Origin: Candidatus Rokuibacteriota bacterium
GTDB lineage: Bacteria; JAUVQV01; DATDCY01
Assembly (NCBI GenBank): GCA_031406795.1
Contig: JANOHV010000236.1
Location: 1-58,141 of the forward strand
Length of the DNA: 58,141 nucleotides
Direction of reading: 5' to 3'
Shown: piece by piece, positions 12,349 through 22,758 of the stretch
How positions within the stretch are numbered: position 1 is the first letter of the stretch
How the letters are laid out: each line of letters opens with the position of its first letter
Translations under genes and position numbers: made by a program
The notes under the pieces: generated by a model
Databases searched by the model: none
Seen by the model: only the letters and a program-made list of their open reading frames with translations
What the model was told of the DNA's origin: nothing

Positions 12349-13374
12349 TCAGATGATCGGCCAGGGTCGGGGAATGAACAAGCGTTCGTAAGTCTGCACC
12401 ACGAAACGATCGGTCATGCCGGCCAGGAAGTCGCCGACGGCACGCGCGGCGCCTTCCTCGGCGGCGATCCGCGCGTAATCCGCCCCCATCAGCTCGACGC
12501 AGCCGAGGTAGTGTTCGTAGAGGTCACGGAGGATCTTGGCCGCCTTGAGAAACTCGGTGCGCGTCCCCGGGTTGAAATAGACCCGGGCGTACAGGAACTC
12601 GCGCAATTCCGCGCAGTCCTGCTCGAGTTGCGGGCTCATCGCGACGTGCGAGTATTCCACCCGCAGGGTCTCCCCGATGATGTCGCTCACCATGGCGCCG
12701 ATCCGGTCGCCGTGGGTCGGCCCGACCCGACCGATCGGCCCGCACGGCAAGTCGGCAAGAGCGATGACCCCGGCGCGAAGGGCGTCGTCGATGTCGTGAT
12801 TGATATAGGCCACCAGATCGGCCAGCCGCACGATCTGTGCCTCGAGCGTCGCCGCCGGAGCGACGATGGGCCCGAGCCCCTTGGAGTGGGTGCGGATCCC
12901 GTCGATCACCTCGAGCGTCAGATTCAGTCCACGACCGTCGCGCTCGAGACGCTCGACCACCCGGACGCTCTGGTCGACGTGGGAGAAGCCCCCCGGCAGG
13001 ATGGCGCGGAGGCCCTTCTCGCCCGCGTGCCCGAACGGGGTGTGGCCGAGGTCGTGACCGAGCGCGATCGCCTCGGTCAGGTCCTCGTTCAGGCGCAAGG
13101 CCCGCGCCACCGTCCGCGCGACTTGCGCGACCTCGAGGGTGTGCGTCAGTCGCGTGCGGTAGTGGTCACCCTGCGGCGAGAGAAAGACCTGCGTCTTGTG
13201 TTTGAGTCGGCGGAAGGACTTGGCGTGCAGGATCCGATCCCGGTCGCGCTGGAAATCCGTGCGCAGTGGACAGGGCGCCTCGGGGAGCGCGCGGCCCCGG
13301 CTTTCGGCCGCGCGGGCGGCGCGCGGGTGCAGCACGGCGCTCTCGGTCCCCTCGCTCTGCTCTCTGATGCTCAC
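12349..13374 (-). CDS. dgt: Deoxyguanosinetriphosphate triphosphohydrolase-like HD protein
   Basis: RTDFQRDRDRILH, FRRLKHKTQVF, RTRLTHTLEV, GHDLGHTPFGHAGE, AYINHDIDD, AGMTDRF. Confidence 0.93.
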   Translation of the reverse strand: MSIREQSEGTESAVLHPRAARAAESRGRALPEAPCPLRTDFQRDRDRILHAKSFRRLKHKTQVFLSPQGDHYRTRLTHTLEVAQVARTVARALRLNEDLTEAIALGHDLGHTPFGHAGEKGLRAILPGGFSHVDQSVRVVERLERDGRGLNLTLEVIDGIRTHSKGLGPIVAPAATLEAQIVRLADLVAYINHDIDDALRAGVIALADLPCGPIGRVGPTHGDRIGAMVSDIIGETLRVEYSHVAMSPQLEQDCAELREFLYARVYFNPGTRTEFLKAAKILRDLYEHYLGCVELMGADYARIAAEEGAARAVGDFLAGMTDRFVVQTYERLFIPRPWPII

Positions 13375-13384
13375 GGCCCCTCGC

Positions 13385-14521
13385 TCAGATCTTCACTAGC
13401 TCGTAGGATCTCGTGCCGAGACCTATTGTCTCAGCGTAGTCCAGCTGGATCCCCCAGTCGACCTTCGGTGCGGCCGCGCGGAACTTGTCCGCACCGGGCC
13501 CAAGCAGCGCGGTGTGGCTCGAGAGGGGATGACCGGGCTGCTCGTTCACCAGATCGACCGAAGCCTGATCGACGGCAACCGGGTCGGTCGAGGCGAGAAT
13601 GCCGATGTCGGGAACCAGCGGCGTGTCGGCGAAGGGGTAGCAGTCGCAGAGGGGCGAGATCTGCAGCAGAAAATTGACGAAGACCGCCCGGTCGCGCTTG
13701 GGGGCGATCGCGCCGAAAGCGTACTCGACCAGCCGCTCCTGCATGCCGCGCAGGTCCTGGTTCCAGTCGATCTGGATTGCGCCGGCCGGGCAGGTCGGCA
13801 GACAGGCGCCGCAGCCGCTGCAGCGTTCCGGGTCGATCGCGACCTTCCGCTCCTCCCCGGTCGGACGAATCGCGCCGAAGGCGCACCAGCGGATGCAGCT
13901 GTGGCAGGCGGTGCAGGTTTCCGTCTTGACCCGCGGATTGGTCGTCGAGTGCATGCTGAGCTTGCCGTGGCGCGAGGCGGTCCCCATGCCGAAATTCTTC
14001 AGCGTGCCTCCGAAGCCGCTCATCTCGTGGCCCTTGAAATGCGTGATGCCGACGATCGCGTCGGCGTCGACGATCTCGGGGGCGATCTCGACCTCGCGAT
14101 AGTGCTTGAGATCGACCCGGACCGGTGCGAAGCGGTTGCCCCGCAGGCCGCCGCCGATGACGACCGGGGCCCCGACGGCCGACCAGTCGAAACCGTTGGC
14201 GATCGCCGTTTCGTAGTGGCTCGCCGACTCGCCGCGGCTGCCGACGTACAGGGTGTTCGTATCGATCAGGAAGGGCCGGGCGCCGGCGCCGCGCACCCGC
14301 TCCACGATGCGGCGCACGTACACCGGTCGCACGTAGGCGGTGTTTCCGAGTTCGCCGAAATGGATCTTGAGGGCCACCAGGTGCTTGCGGCCGACCCGCT
14401 CCTCGAGCCCGGCCTTGGACAACAGCAGTTCGAGCTTCGCGAGAATATTCTGCTTCGTGGTGCTGCGCAGGTCCGCGAACCAGACCTGCGCTGGCACTCT
14501 CCCGATCTGGTCTTCGGCCAT
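13385..14521 (-). CDS. DUF362-domain protein with two 4Fe-4S ferredoxin motifs
   Basis: VALKIHFGE, THFKGHEMSGFGGTLKNFGMG, CTACHSCIRWC, CSGCGACLPTCP, SPLCDC, DPVAVDQAS. Confidence 0.88.
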   Translation of the reverse strand: MAEDQIGRVPAQVWFADLRSTTKQNILAKLELLLSKAGLEERVGRKHLVALKIHFGELGNTAYVRPVYVRRIVERVRGAGARPFLIDTNTLYVGSRGESASHYETAIANGFDWSAVGAPVVIGGGLRGNRFAPVRVDLKHYREVEIAPEIVDADAIVGITHFKGHEMSGFGGTLKNFGMGTASRHGKLSMHSTTNPRVKTETCTACHSCIRWCAFGAIRPTGEERKVAIDPERCSGCGACLPTCPAGAIQIDWNQDLRGMQERLVEYAFGAIAPKRDRAVFVNFLLQISPLCDCYPFADTPLVPDIGILASTDPVAVDQASVDLVNEQPGHPLSSHTALLGPGADKFRAAAPKVDWGIQLDYAETIGLGTRSYELVKI

Positions 14522-14643
14522 CAGCCCCTCCCCCGTTGTGCCCCGGGCGCAATTGACGCCGCATTCTCGCCCCGGAAGTCCCCGGAATCAAGTCTCACCG
14601 CACCGGCCCAAATCCGCGCGTAACGCGCGGAACCGACTCGCCG

Positions 14644-15975
14644 CTAGGAACTGAGATCGAGGGCGGAAATCAGGACCGAGGGCGCCGCGACCGACCCGAA
14701 GAACCGCAAGTCGTCGCCGACTTCGGCGATCGACGCGAAGAGCACTCCGAGATTGCCCGCGATCGTCGCGCCCCGAAAGGGACGGCGTCGACCCTTTTCG
14801 CAGATGAACCCGGATGCGCCGACCGAAAAATCTCCGGAAACGGGGTTCATGGTGTGCGCCCCGAGGATGTCGTCGACGAGAACGATCGTCCCCGCCGTAC
14901 GTGCCCAGACCTCGGGGGATTGTGGCCCCGGTTGCAGCACGAGATTTCCCGGCCGCGGCAGCGGCAGCGACTCGAAGCCGCCGCGGAAGCCGTTGCCGGT
15001 GGGGTCCACCCCCATCCGGTGCGCGGTCTCCAGCGAGTGCAGGTAACCGCTGAGCACCCCGGCATCGATCAGGACCTTGCGGCGCGTCGGCTGGCCTTCG
15101 TCGTCGCAGGGCGCCGAGCCGGGGGCGCGCGGCAGCGTGGGGTCGTCGATGATGCTGACCGCCGACGAAGCTACGCCGACGCCGACCTTTCCGGCCCAGA
15201 GCGAACGGCCCTTGAGCACCGCATCCGCGGAGAGCGTCGTGCCGAGCAGCGCCAGGAACTCGGCGACAACCTCGCGGTCCAGGATCACCGGCTGGCGACC
15301 CGCCGCGGCGCGGCCGGCGCCGAGTCGCGACACGGCCTTGCTCGCGGCTGCCGTGCCGATGTCTCCCCACGGCAGCGCTCCGCGGGAGGTGGCGACATCG
15401 GATTCCCACCCGAGTTCGGACTGACCGTCGCGTTCGGCGACCACGCCCGCGGCCAGCGAGAACGAACTGCGACGGTAGGCGGCGTCGGTCCCCGTGCTCG
15501 AGCGCACGATCGTCTCGCGCTGCCCGGAACGCACGCTCACGCTCTTGATGCGGCGCACCGCGGGGTCGGTCGACCGCGCCTGCGCGATGATCCGCTCGAG
15601 GCAGGCGCGGTCGTCGGCGACGGTGAAGGCGAGCCCCGGCGCGTCGAAGATGCCCAGGTCGTCCTTCAGCGCCACGCCGCGCAGGGTGGGAAAGGCCGGC
15701 AGTTCGGCAAGCCTGGCCGACTCCACCGCGCGCACCGCAAGCCGTTGCAGGCCGCTGCTCGTGAAGTCCTGTCCATACGCGAAGCCCGCCTTGCGGCCGA
15801 CGAACACCCGCAATCCCAGCCCGGCGGCCTCAGAGCCGCGATACGATTCCAGGCCGCTGTCGGCGTACTCCACCGCCCGACCGCTCGCGGTGACCCGGAA
15901 AGCCTCCGCGCGCTTCGCGCCGGCGACCCGTGCCTGCCGCAACGCCTCACCGAGCACTTCGATTTCACGTTTCAC
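14644..15975 (-). CDS. pmbA: TldD/PmbA-family protein (PmbA/TldE type)
   Basis: GLGLRVFVG, DDPTLPRAPGSAPCDDEG, TGNGFRG, NPVSGDFSVGASG, TIAGN; no HExxH motif. Confidence 0.88.
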   Translation of the reverse strand: MKREIEVLGEALRQARVAGAKRAEAFRVTASGRAVEYADSGLESYRGSEAAGLGLRVFVGRKAGFAYGQDFTSSGLQRLAVRAVESARLAELPAFPTLRGVALKDDLGIFDAPGLAFTVADDRACLERIIAQARSTDPAVRRIKSVSVRSGQRETIVRSSTGTDAAYRRSSFSLAAGVVAERDGQSELGWESDVATSRGALPWGDIGTAAASKAVSRLGAGRAAAGRQPVILDREVVAEFLALLGTTLSADAVLKGRSLWAGKVGVGVASSAVSIIDDPTLPRAPGSAPCDDEGQPTRRKVLIDAGVLSGYLHSLETAHRMGVDPTGNGFRGGFESLPLPRPGNLVLQPGPQSPEVWARTAGTIVLVDDILGAHTMNPVSGDFSVGASGFICEKGRRRPFRGATIAGNLGVLFASIAEVGDDLRFFGSVAAPSVLISALDLSS

Positions 15976-16060
15976 CCCGGACCTCCGCCACGTGCGCTTG
16001 ACAGTCTTTCGGACCCAGTGTTACAGAAGTGTACCATCTTACCCAGGAGGGTACGCGCGA

Positions 16061-17080
16061 ATGAAGAAGCGGAATTGTGCGAGCCGCGTCGCAGTCATCG
16101 GCGCCGGAAGCTGGGGCACCACGCTGGCGAATCACCTCGCCGGCCGCGGCCTTGCGGTCCGACTCTGGGCCTTTGAAGCCGAAGTCGTCGACGCGATTAC
16201 GCGCAGTCGCGAAAACGCCGTCTTCCTGCCGGGAGTCCGCCTGCACCCGGCCCTCGAGGCCGGCGGTTCGCTCGACGAGGTTCTGACCGGGGCCGACCTC
16301 GCGCTGTTCGTCACCCCGTCGCACGTCGCCCGGGGCATCCTGCTCGAGGCGCGGCAGTATCTCCCCCGGCAGATCCCGGTCGTCGTTGCGTCCAAGGGGA
16401 TCGAGACCGATTCGCTCAATACGATGGCCGGCGTCTTCGCGGAGATTCTTGACGCGGGCGGACACCAGCTCGCGTTTCTCTCCGGGCCGAGCTTTGCCCG
16501 CGAAGTCGCGGCCGGACTGCCGACGGCGGTCACGGTCGCCAGCCGCGACGGCGCGACCGCGCGGCTGGCGCAGGCGAGTTTCAGCACCGAAGCCTTCCGC
16601 GTCTACACCACTGACGATGTCGTCGGGGTCGAGATCGGCGGTGCGCTCAAGAATGTGATCGCGATCGCCGCGGGGATCGGCGACGGCCTCGGCCTCGGTC
16701 ACAACGCCCGCTCCGCGCTGATTACCCGCGGCCTGGCCGAGATGACGCGCCTCGGCGTGGCTCTCGGGGCAAGGGCCTCGACGTTTGCCGGTTTGGCCGG
16801 TCTCGGCGATCTGGTGCTGACGTGCACGGGGGACCTTTCACGCAACCGTTCGCTCGGCATGGCACTCGCGGCCGGACGCTCGCTGCACGACATCCAGACC
16901 GCAACGCGCACGGTTGCGGAAGGCGTGCGAACAACCGCCGCCGCGGTCAAGCTCGCCGCGCGCACCGGGGTCGAGCTGCCAATCGCGGCCCAGGTCCACC
17001 GGGTGCTGTTCGACGGCGTCACCCCCCGCGTGGCTCTCCAGGAGCTCATGACCCGCACCCTGAAGGACGAAACGGGTTAG
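16061..17080 (+). CDS. gpsA: NAD(P)H-dependent glycerol-3-phosphate dehydrogenase
   Basis: VIGAGSWGTTLA, SKGIE, LSGPSFAREV, GGALKNVIAIA, GLGDLVLTCTGDLSRNR; AGGAGG RBS. Confidence 0.96.
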   Translation: MKKRNCASRVAVIGAGSWGTTLANHLAGRGLAVRLWAFEAEVVDAITRSRENAVFLPGVRLHPALEAGGSLDEVLTGADLALFVTPSHVARGILLEARQYLPRQIPVVVASKGIETDSLNTMAGVFAEILDAGGHQLAFLSGPSFAREVAAGLPTAVTVASRDGATARLAQASFSTEAFRVYTTDDVVGVEIGGALKNVIAIAAGIGDGLGLGHNARSALITRGLAEMTRLGVALGARASTFAGLAGLGDLVLTCTGDLSRNRSLGMALAAGRSLHDIQTATRTVAEGVRTTAAAVKLAARTGVELPIAAQVHRVLFDGVTPRVALQELMTRTLKDETG

Positions 17081-17143
17081 CCCGGGTCGCTTAGGCAATT
17101 CACCACGTTCCTGAAACAACGTGAACGTGCTGCCGACCCGGGC
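17080..17143. terminator. Nested hairpin between convergent gpsA and accD (possible bidirectional terminator)
   Basis: GCCCGGGTCG (17080-17089) pairs with CGACCCGGGC (17134-17143); inner CACGTTC/GAACGTG; no clear U-tract. Confidence 0.45.
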
Positions 17144-17148
17144 GAATG

Positions 17149-18057
17149 CTAATTCGCGAAGAATTCGAGGAGGCGGGAGACCGTTTCGCGGAGTTTCGCC
17201 CGTTCGCTCACCAGGTCGATCAGGCCGTGGGCCAGCAGGAATTCCGAGCGCTGGAAGCCCTCGGGGAGTGTCCCGCCGATCGTCTGCTCGATGACCCGCG
17301 GGCCGGCAAACCCGATCAGGGCCCGCGGCTCGGCGATGATGACGTCGCCGAGCATCGCGAAACTCGCGCTCACGCCGCCCGTGGTCGGGTCGGCGAGGAT
17401 CGACAGGTACGGCAGCCCGGCCTTGCCCAGTTTCGCCAGGGCGGTCGCCGTCTTGGCCATCTGCATCAGCGAGTAGAGCCCCTCCTGCATCCGCGCGCCG
17501 CCGGAACAGGAGACGATGACCAGCGGGGTGCGCGAGGCCAGCGCGCGCTCGGTGGCGCGGACGATCCGCTCGCCGACGACGCTGCCCATGCTGCCGCCCA
17601 TGAAATCGAACTCGAACGCGCAGACCTGCAGCGGACGCCCGAGGATCGTGGCCTCGCCGCAGAGGATCGCCTCGGTGCTTTTGCTCTTCCGCGCGGCATC
17701 GCGCGCCCGCTCCGCGTAGCGCCGCGAGTCTTTGAACCGTAGCGGGTCCTCCGGGGCGACGCCTTCGTCGTGGGGGGTGAAACTGCCCTCGTCGACGAGG
17801 AGCCGCACCCGCTCCCGGGCCCCGATCCGGAAATGATGCGAGCACTTCGGGCAGACGCGCTGATTGCGCTCGACTTCCTTGCGGTAGATGATTTCGCGGC
17901 ACCCCGGGCAGATGATCCAGAGCCCCTCCGGCACGCGCGGCTGCCGGCTGCCGCCCTCCCCGCTCCGCCGCACTCCCGTGACCTCGGCGCCGCCGACTTC
18001 CGCGCCGGCCGGCAGGCCTTGCGAACCGGGATCCTCACCGCTCTCCCGCTGCCCCAC
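17149..18057 (-). CDS. accD: Acetyl-CoA carboxylase carboxyltransferase beta subunit
   Basis: [20 protein letters not shown] Zn finger, [47 protein letters not shown] 18057 with GGGAGG RBS (start uncertain). Confidence 0.94.
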   Translation of the reverse strand: MGQRESGEDPGSQGLPAGAEVGGAEVTGVRRSGEGGSRQPRVPEGLWIICPGCREIIYRKEVERNQRVCPKCSHHFRIGARERVRLLVDEGSFTPHDEGVAPEDPLRFKDSRRYAERARDAARKSKSTEAILCGEATILGRPLQVCAFEFDFMGGSMGSVVGERIVRATERALASRTPLVIVSCSGGARMQEGLYSLMQMAKTATALAKLGKAGLPYLSILADPTTGGVSASFAMLGDVIIAEPRALIGFAGPRVIEQTIGGTLPEGFQRSEFLLAHGLIDLVSERAKLRETVSRLLEFFAN

Positions 18058-18071
18058 GTCCGGACCTCCCT

Positions 18072-18836
18072 TCATGAAAACGTGTAGATCCGCCCCTGGT
18101 GGAGCATCTCCACCGGGCGGCTGAGTCCCGCGAGCTCCTCGGCGATGGCCGGCAGGTGCAGCGGTTTCATGTGGTAGAGATAGATCGGCACCTCGCGGCG
18201 ATCCAGCAGCTCGAGTTCGCGCTCGAGCAGGGTGGGCGTGAGGTGGCCGCTGGCCAGCGCGACTTCCTCCATGCCGCTGGGGAACGAGCACTCCACGATC
18301 ACCGCCTTGAGATCGGGGAGCTTGCGGGCGACCTTCCAGATGGCCGCCGTGGGGCCGGTGTCGCCGCTGTAGAGGACCGCGGTGCCCGGCTCGCGCAGGA
18401 TGTACCCGGTCGCCGGAACCGGGTGGTTGACCCGCACCGGCCGCAGCGAGAGACCGCAGACGCGCGAGTAACGACCCTCGGGAATGACCCGGTATTCCAG
18501 TGTCGGCTCGCGTCGCGACGGGATGCGGGTGAAGTCCGGCCAGATGCGGTCGTTGAACAGATTGCGCCGCAGTCCGGCGACGACCTCGGCCACCCCGGTG
18601 ACGACGAGCGGTTGCGGCGTCCGGCCGGCGCGGTTGTCGACGAGAAAGGCCAGTTCCTTGACGTGATCGAGGTGGATGTGACTGATGCAGACTTCGCTGA
18701 TGCCCAGCTGCTCCTCCCAGGTCAGGACCGAGGACGCCGTCCCGGACTCGAGCAGCAACCGGCCGTTCACGAGAAAACCGCTGCTGTGATACCCGGGCAA
18801 TTCGCTGCCGTAGCAGCCGGCGACCTTGATGATCAC
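18072..18836 (-). CDS. Metallo-beta-lactamase-fold 3',5'-cyclic-nucleotide phosphodiesterase (class II-like)
   Basis: [57 protein letters not shown]. Confidence 0.85.
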   Translation of the reverse strand: MIIKVAGCYGSELPGYHSSGFLVNGRLLLESGTASSVLTWEEQLGISEVCISHIHLDHVKELAFLVDNRAGRTPQPLVVTGVAEVVAGLRRNLFNDRIWPDFTRIPSRREPTLEYRVIPEGRYSRVCGLSLRPVRVNHPVPATGYILREPGTAVLYSGDTGPTAAIWKVARKLPDLKAVIVECSFPSGMEEVALASGHLTPTLLERELELLDRREVPIYLYHMKPLHLPAIAEELAGLSRPVEMLHQGRIYTFS

Positions 18837-19441
18837 GCTCGCACCGCGGCGGTCGGGTACCCGTCGATCTCGCGTTGCAGCAGCACGGGATCCGCCGCGC
18901 GGTAGCGGGACCCCTCGCGCAGCAGGCAACCGTGCTCTCGCAGCTCCTCGAGCACCAGCACCACCTCGGAGACGGACAGACCGGAGTGCTCGGCGAGATC
19001 GGCAGGGAGCATGGCGCCGCCGCCGGCTGCGGTCAGGTTCGGCGCAATGCGGTGCAGCAGTTGCCCGATCGTCCACGCCGTCAGCTCTTCTCCGGCACGC
19101 CGGTCGAGTTCGAGCAGCTGCTGGAACAGGGCGCGCGCAGTCTGCGGGCCGTGCCGGACAACCGCCTCCAGCGTGCTGTCGTTGACCTGGATCAGCCGCG
19201 CGTCCTGCACGACCTCGGCCCTGGTCGGGCGCGGCGCCCGAACGAAGAACGCCCCCTCTCCCAGCAGGTCTCCCGGCCCGAGCAGCCCGGCCTGCGGGTC
19301 ATCCGGGCGGGCCGCGCCGAGGCGCACGGCGCCGCTCTGGATGACGTACAGCTCCTGGCCCGGGGACCCCTCCGTGTAGAGGATGGTCCCCTCCGGGCAA
19401 TACTTCCCGAACAGCCGGAAGAGTACCTGCTCGCGATCCAC
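18833..19441 (-). CDS. Crp/Fnr-family cyclic-nucleotide-binding regulator
   Basis: [43 protein letters not shown] cNMP domain; C-terminal [26 protein letters not shown] start 19441 inferred. Confidence 0.82.
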   Translation of the reverse strand: MDREQVLFRLFGKYCPEGTILYTEGSPGQELYVIQSGAVRLGAARPDDPQAGLLGPGDLLGEGAFFVRAPRPTRAEVVQDARLIQVNDSTLEAVVRHGPQTARALFQQLLELDRRAGEELTAWTIGQLLHRIAPNLTAAGGGAMLPADLAEHSGLSVSEVVLVLEELREHGCLLREGSRYRAADPVLLQREIDGYPTAAVRA

Positions 19442-19452
19442 GAGACCCGCGG

Positions 19453-20811
19453 TTACGCGCCGGCCTTCGGCAGGTGGGTCAGCGCGTCGTCGATGTCGGA
19501 CTGCGGCAGCTCGAAGTCCTCGAGCTTCTTGGCGAAGTAGTTGTCGTAGGCCATCATGTCGAAGTGCCCGTGGCCGCTGAGGTTGAAGACGATGACGCGC
19601 GCCTCCTGGGCCTCCCGGGCGCGGATCGCCTCGTCGATCGCCCCTTTGATCGCGTGCGCCGATTCGGGGGCCGGGATGATTCCCTCGGAGCGGGCGAACG
19701 TCACCGCCGCGTCGAAAACCGGGTTCTGGTGATAGGCGACCGCCTCGACGACGCCCTCGTGCACGAGCTGGCTCACCAGCGGCGAGTCCCCGTGGTAGCG
19801 CAGCCCGCCGGCGTGAATCGAGGCCGGCATGAAGTCGTGGCCCAGGGTGTACATCAGCATCATCGGGGTCAGCTGCGCGGTGTCGCCGAAGTCGTAGGCG
19901 TATTTCCCGCGCGTCAGCGTCGGGCAGGCCTTCGGCTCGACGGCGACGATGCGCACCCGGTCGCCGTGCGCCTTGTCGCGCACGAACGGGAAGGTGAAAC
20001 CGCCGAAGTTGCTGCCGCCGCCGACGCACGCGATGAGGACGTCGGCCTTTTCGCCGACCTTCGCCAGCTGCGCCTTCGTCTCCAGGCCGATCACGGTCTG
20101 GTGCAGCAGCACGTGGTTGAGCACGCTGCCGAGAGCGTAATTCGTGTCCTGCCGCGTCGCCGCATCTTCGACGGCCTCGCTGATCGCCGCGCCCAGGCTC
20201 CCGGTCGAGTCGGGGTGCGCCGCGAGGATCGTGCGGCCGGCGTTGGTGCGATTGCTCGGGCTGGCGATGATCTCCGCCCCCCAGGTGGCCATCATCGAGC
20301 GGCGGTAGGGCTTCTGCTCGTAGCTGACCTTGACCATGTAGACGGTGCATTCGAGCCCGAACATCTGACAGGCCAGCGCCATCGCGCTGCCCCACTGGCC
20401 GGCTCCGGTTTCCGTGGCGATCCGCCGGATGCCGGCGTCCCTGTTGTAGTAGGCCTGCGGCACGGCGGTGTTCGGCTTGTGGCTGCCCGCGGGGCTGTTG
20501 CCTTCGTACTTGTAGTAGATGCGCGCCGGCGTCTTGAGCACGCGCTCCAGCCGCTTCGCCCGAAACAGCGGGCTCGGCCGCCAGAGCGTGTAAATCTCGC
20601 GCACCTCGTCGGGGATCGCGATCTCCCGCTCCGGGCTCATCTCCTGCTCGATGAGCGACATCGGGAAGATGGCCTTGAGGTCGTCGGGCCCGATCGGCTT
20701 GCCGGTTCCGGGGTGCAGCGGCGGGGCGGGCGGCGAAGGCATGTCGGGGAGGATGTTGTACCAGTGCTTCGGGATCTCTTGCTCGCTCAGGATGATCTTC
20801 GTGTCGGTCAT
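19453..20811 (-). CDS. trpB: TrpB2 (tryptophan synthase beta-like PLP enzyme)
   Basis: [71 protein letters not shown]. Confidence 0.95.
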   Translation of the reverse strand: MTDTKIILSEQEIPKHWYNILPDMPSPPAPPLHPGTGKPIGPDDLKAIFPMSLIEQEMSPEREIAIPDEVREIYTLWRPSPLFRAKRLERVLKTPARIYYKYEGNSPAGSHKPNTAVPQAYYNRDAGIRRIATETGAGQWGSAMALACQMFGLECTVYMVKVSYEQKPYRRSMMATWGAEIIASPSNRTNAGRTILAAHPDSTGSLGAAISEAVEDAATRQDTNYALGSVLNHVLLHQTVIGLETKAQLAKVGEKADVLIACVGGGSNFGGFTFPFVRDKAHGDRVRIVAVEPKACPTLTRGKYAYDFGDTAQLTPMMLMYTLGHDFMPASIHAGGLRYHGDSPLVSQLVHEGVVEAVAYHQNPVFDAAVTFARSEGIIPAPESAHAIKGAIDEAIRAREAQEARVIVFNLSGHGHFDMMAYDNYFAKKLEDFELPQSDIDDALTHLPKAGA

Positions 20812-20876
20812 ATCCGTTTCCCCCCGTGCCAGAGGCGCCGCGAACCGGCGCCGGAGTTGGTGGCGAACCCAGGCAG

Positions 20877-21575
20877 CTAGAAAGCGACCTTCATTCCGCC
20901 GGTGAAGAGCCAGGTGTTGAGATCCAGAGAGCCGTCGAGCACATGGTCGTCCTTCGCCGTTCCCCTGACCTGCGGTGCGAGGAAAACGTAGCGGCCTTCG
21001 ATGGTGGCGCTCAGCCAGCCGCTGAGCGCGTATTCCAGCCCCACGCCGGCGTGGTACCCCCAGGCATCGCGCACGACCTGGTCGGGAAGCCCCGCGCCGG
21101 AAGCGCTCAGCACGCCGCGCGGGGCATCCGCCATCGTGTAGTCGATGAAATAGTACCCGGCTCCCGCCAGCAGAACGAAGGTCGCCATGTTTTCCGGAAA
21201 GGGCGCGCGGTACTGCACGGTAAGGCAGACGGGCAGCATCTCGAGCCGTCCCGAGGCGATGTCGTGGGTCGGAAAGCCGTCCGTTTCGGGCTGGGAGACC
21301 GCCGCGGCGAAGCGGCCCGCATCCAGTCCGACTTCGAAGCGCGGGTTGCGGCTGTAACCGACACCGAGGCGCCAGGCGAGAGCGTCGCCGAATTCGTCGG
21401 TGTTCGGGATGGCGTAGCCCAGGGCGCCCGTGGCCGACCACCTGCCGACGTAGTCGCCCTTCCCGGACCGGGCCTCCGCCGGCCCCGCCGCCAGGCAAAG
21501 AAAGACTCCCGCCGCAGCGGCCGCCAGACGTCGCAGCGCGGCACCTCGGGGGAAGAAACGGCCGTTCGCGCGCAT
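20877..21575 (-). CDS. Outer-membrane beta-barrel protein (OmpW/OMP_b-brl-like)
   Basis: Signal-peptide-like N-terminus, alternating beta strands ([29 protein letters not shown]), C-terminal aromatic GGMKVAF. Confidence 0.75.
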   Translation of the reverse strand: MRANGRFFPRGAALRRLAAAAAGVFLCLAAGPAEARSGKGDYVGRWSATGALGYAIPNTDEFGDALAWRLGVGYSRNPRFEVGLDAGRFAAAVSQPETDGFPTHDIASGRLEMLPVCLTVQYRAPFPENMATFVLLAGAGYYFIDYTMADAPRGVLSASGAGLPDQVVRDAWGYHAGVGLEYALSGWLSATIEGRYVFLAPQVRGTAKDDHVLDGSLDLNTWLFTGGMKVAF

Positions 21576-21628
21576 TGCGGCGCATTCTACCAGAGCAGCG
21601 CGGCTTCCTGTCAACCCAAGCGTTTTCG

Positions 21629-21657
21629 TTGACATTCGGTGGCCGATGGGCTATGGT
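21629..21657 (+). promoter_or_regulatory. Sigma70-type promoter of prs
   Basis: TTGACA-17 bp-TATGGT. Confidence 0.65.
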
Positions 21658-21743
21658 TTCGCCGCTTTTTTCAGGGCGTTCCCGGGGGCCGGCGGGAGCG
21701 TCGCCCGCGCGTGCCGGCTGCGCTGCCAGGAGGTGACGGGATC

Positions 21744-22676
21744 GTGCCTGAGATGAAGCTTTTTGCGGGAAACGCCAACCCGGTGCTCGCCCGGGAGATC
21801 TGCACCTATCTCGGTGTCGAACTCGGGGCCGCCGAGGTCGGGCGGTTCTCGGACGGCGAAATCCACCTCCGCATCCGCGAGAACACCCGCGGCTGCGACG
21901 TGTTCGTCATCCAGTCGACCTGTCCCCCCGTGAACGACAACCTCATGGAGTTGTTGATCATGGTCGACGCGCTGCGGCGCGCCTCGGCCGACCGCATCAC
22001 CGTCGTGCTCCCCTATTATGGGTACTCCCGCCAGGACCGCAAGGCCGAGCCGCGCGTGCCGATCACGGCGAAACTCGTCGCCAATCTGATAACCGCCGCG
22101 GGGGCCGACCGGGTGCTGTGCATGGACCTGCATGCGGGGCAGCTGCAGGGGTACTTCGACATCCCGGTGGACAACCTGATGGCCTCGCCCGTGCTGCTGG
22201 AGTACTTCCGCCGCAAGGGGCTCGACCGCCCGGTGGTCGTCTCCCCGGACGCCGGGGGCGTTGAGCGCGCGCGCAACTTCGCCAAGCGCCTCGACGCATC
22301 GCTCGCCATCATCGACAAGCGCCGTCTCGCGCCCAACGTCGCCGAGATCATGAACATCATCGGCGACGTCGAAGGGCGGCCGGCGATCATCCTCGACGAC
22401 ATGATCGACACGGCCGGCACGCTCGTGCAGGCCGCCAGCGCCGTGCGCGCCAAGGGGGCCTCGCAGGTCTTCGCCGCGGCCACGCACGCCATCTTCTCCG
22501 GCAAGGCGCGCGAGCGCATCGGCGCCTCGCCGCTGGAGGAGGTCGTCGTCACCAACACCGTGCCGCCGGGCGACTGCGCCGGCGACAGGATCATGGTGCT
22601 TTCCGTCGCCAACCTCCTCGGGGAAGGCATCCGGCGCATCCACGAGAACACCTCCGTCAGCTCCCTGTTTCTCTAG
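21744..22676 (+). CDS. prs: Ribose-phosphate pyrophosphokinase
   Basis: [59 protein letters not shown]. Confidence 0.97.
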   Translation: MPEMKLFAGNANPVLAREICTYLGVELGAAEVGRFSDGEIHLRIRENTRGCDVFVIQSTCPPVNDNLMELLIMVDALRRASADRITVVLPYYGYSRQDRKAEPRVPITAKLVANLITAAGADRVLCMDLHAGQLQGYFDIPVDNLMASPVLLEYFRRKGLDRPVVVSPDAGGVERARNFAKRLDASLAIIDKRRLAPNVAEIMNIIGDVEGRPAIILDDMIDTAGTLVQAASAVRAKGASQVFAAATHAIFSGKARERIGASPLEEVVVTNTVPPGDCAGDRIMVLSVANLLGEGIRRIHENTSVSSLFL

Positions 22677-22682
22677 GCGGGG

Positions 22683-22711
22683 TTTACAGAGCGGGCGAAT
22701 GCTCGTATAAT
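22683..22711 (+). promoter_or_regulatory. Sigma70-type promoter of rplY
   Basis: TTTACA-17 bp-TATAAT followed by an AT-rich leader. Confidence 0.7.
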
Positions 22712-22758
22712 GAAAAATTCTTATTGAGAAATAACTGGATGCGGGGAGGAATAACGAA

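Noticed and set aside
12349..13374. dGTPase as an anti-phage defence gene
   Set aside because: It is the short housekeeping dgt-like form in a core-gene context with no defence neighbours.
14644..15975. pmbA without an adjacent tldD as a sign of a RiPP or novel protease system
   Set aside because: tldD and pmbA are often unlinked, and no precursor peptide or modification enzymes are nearby.
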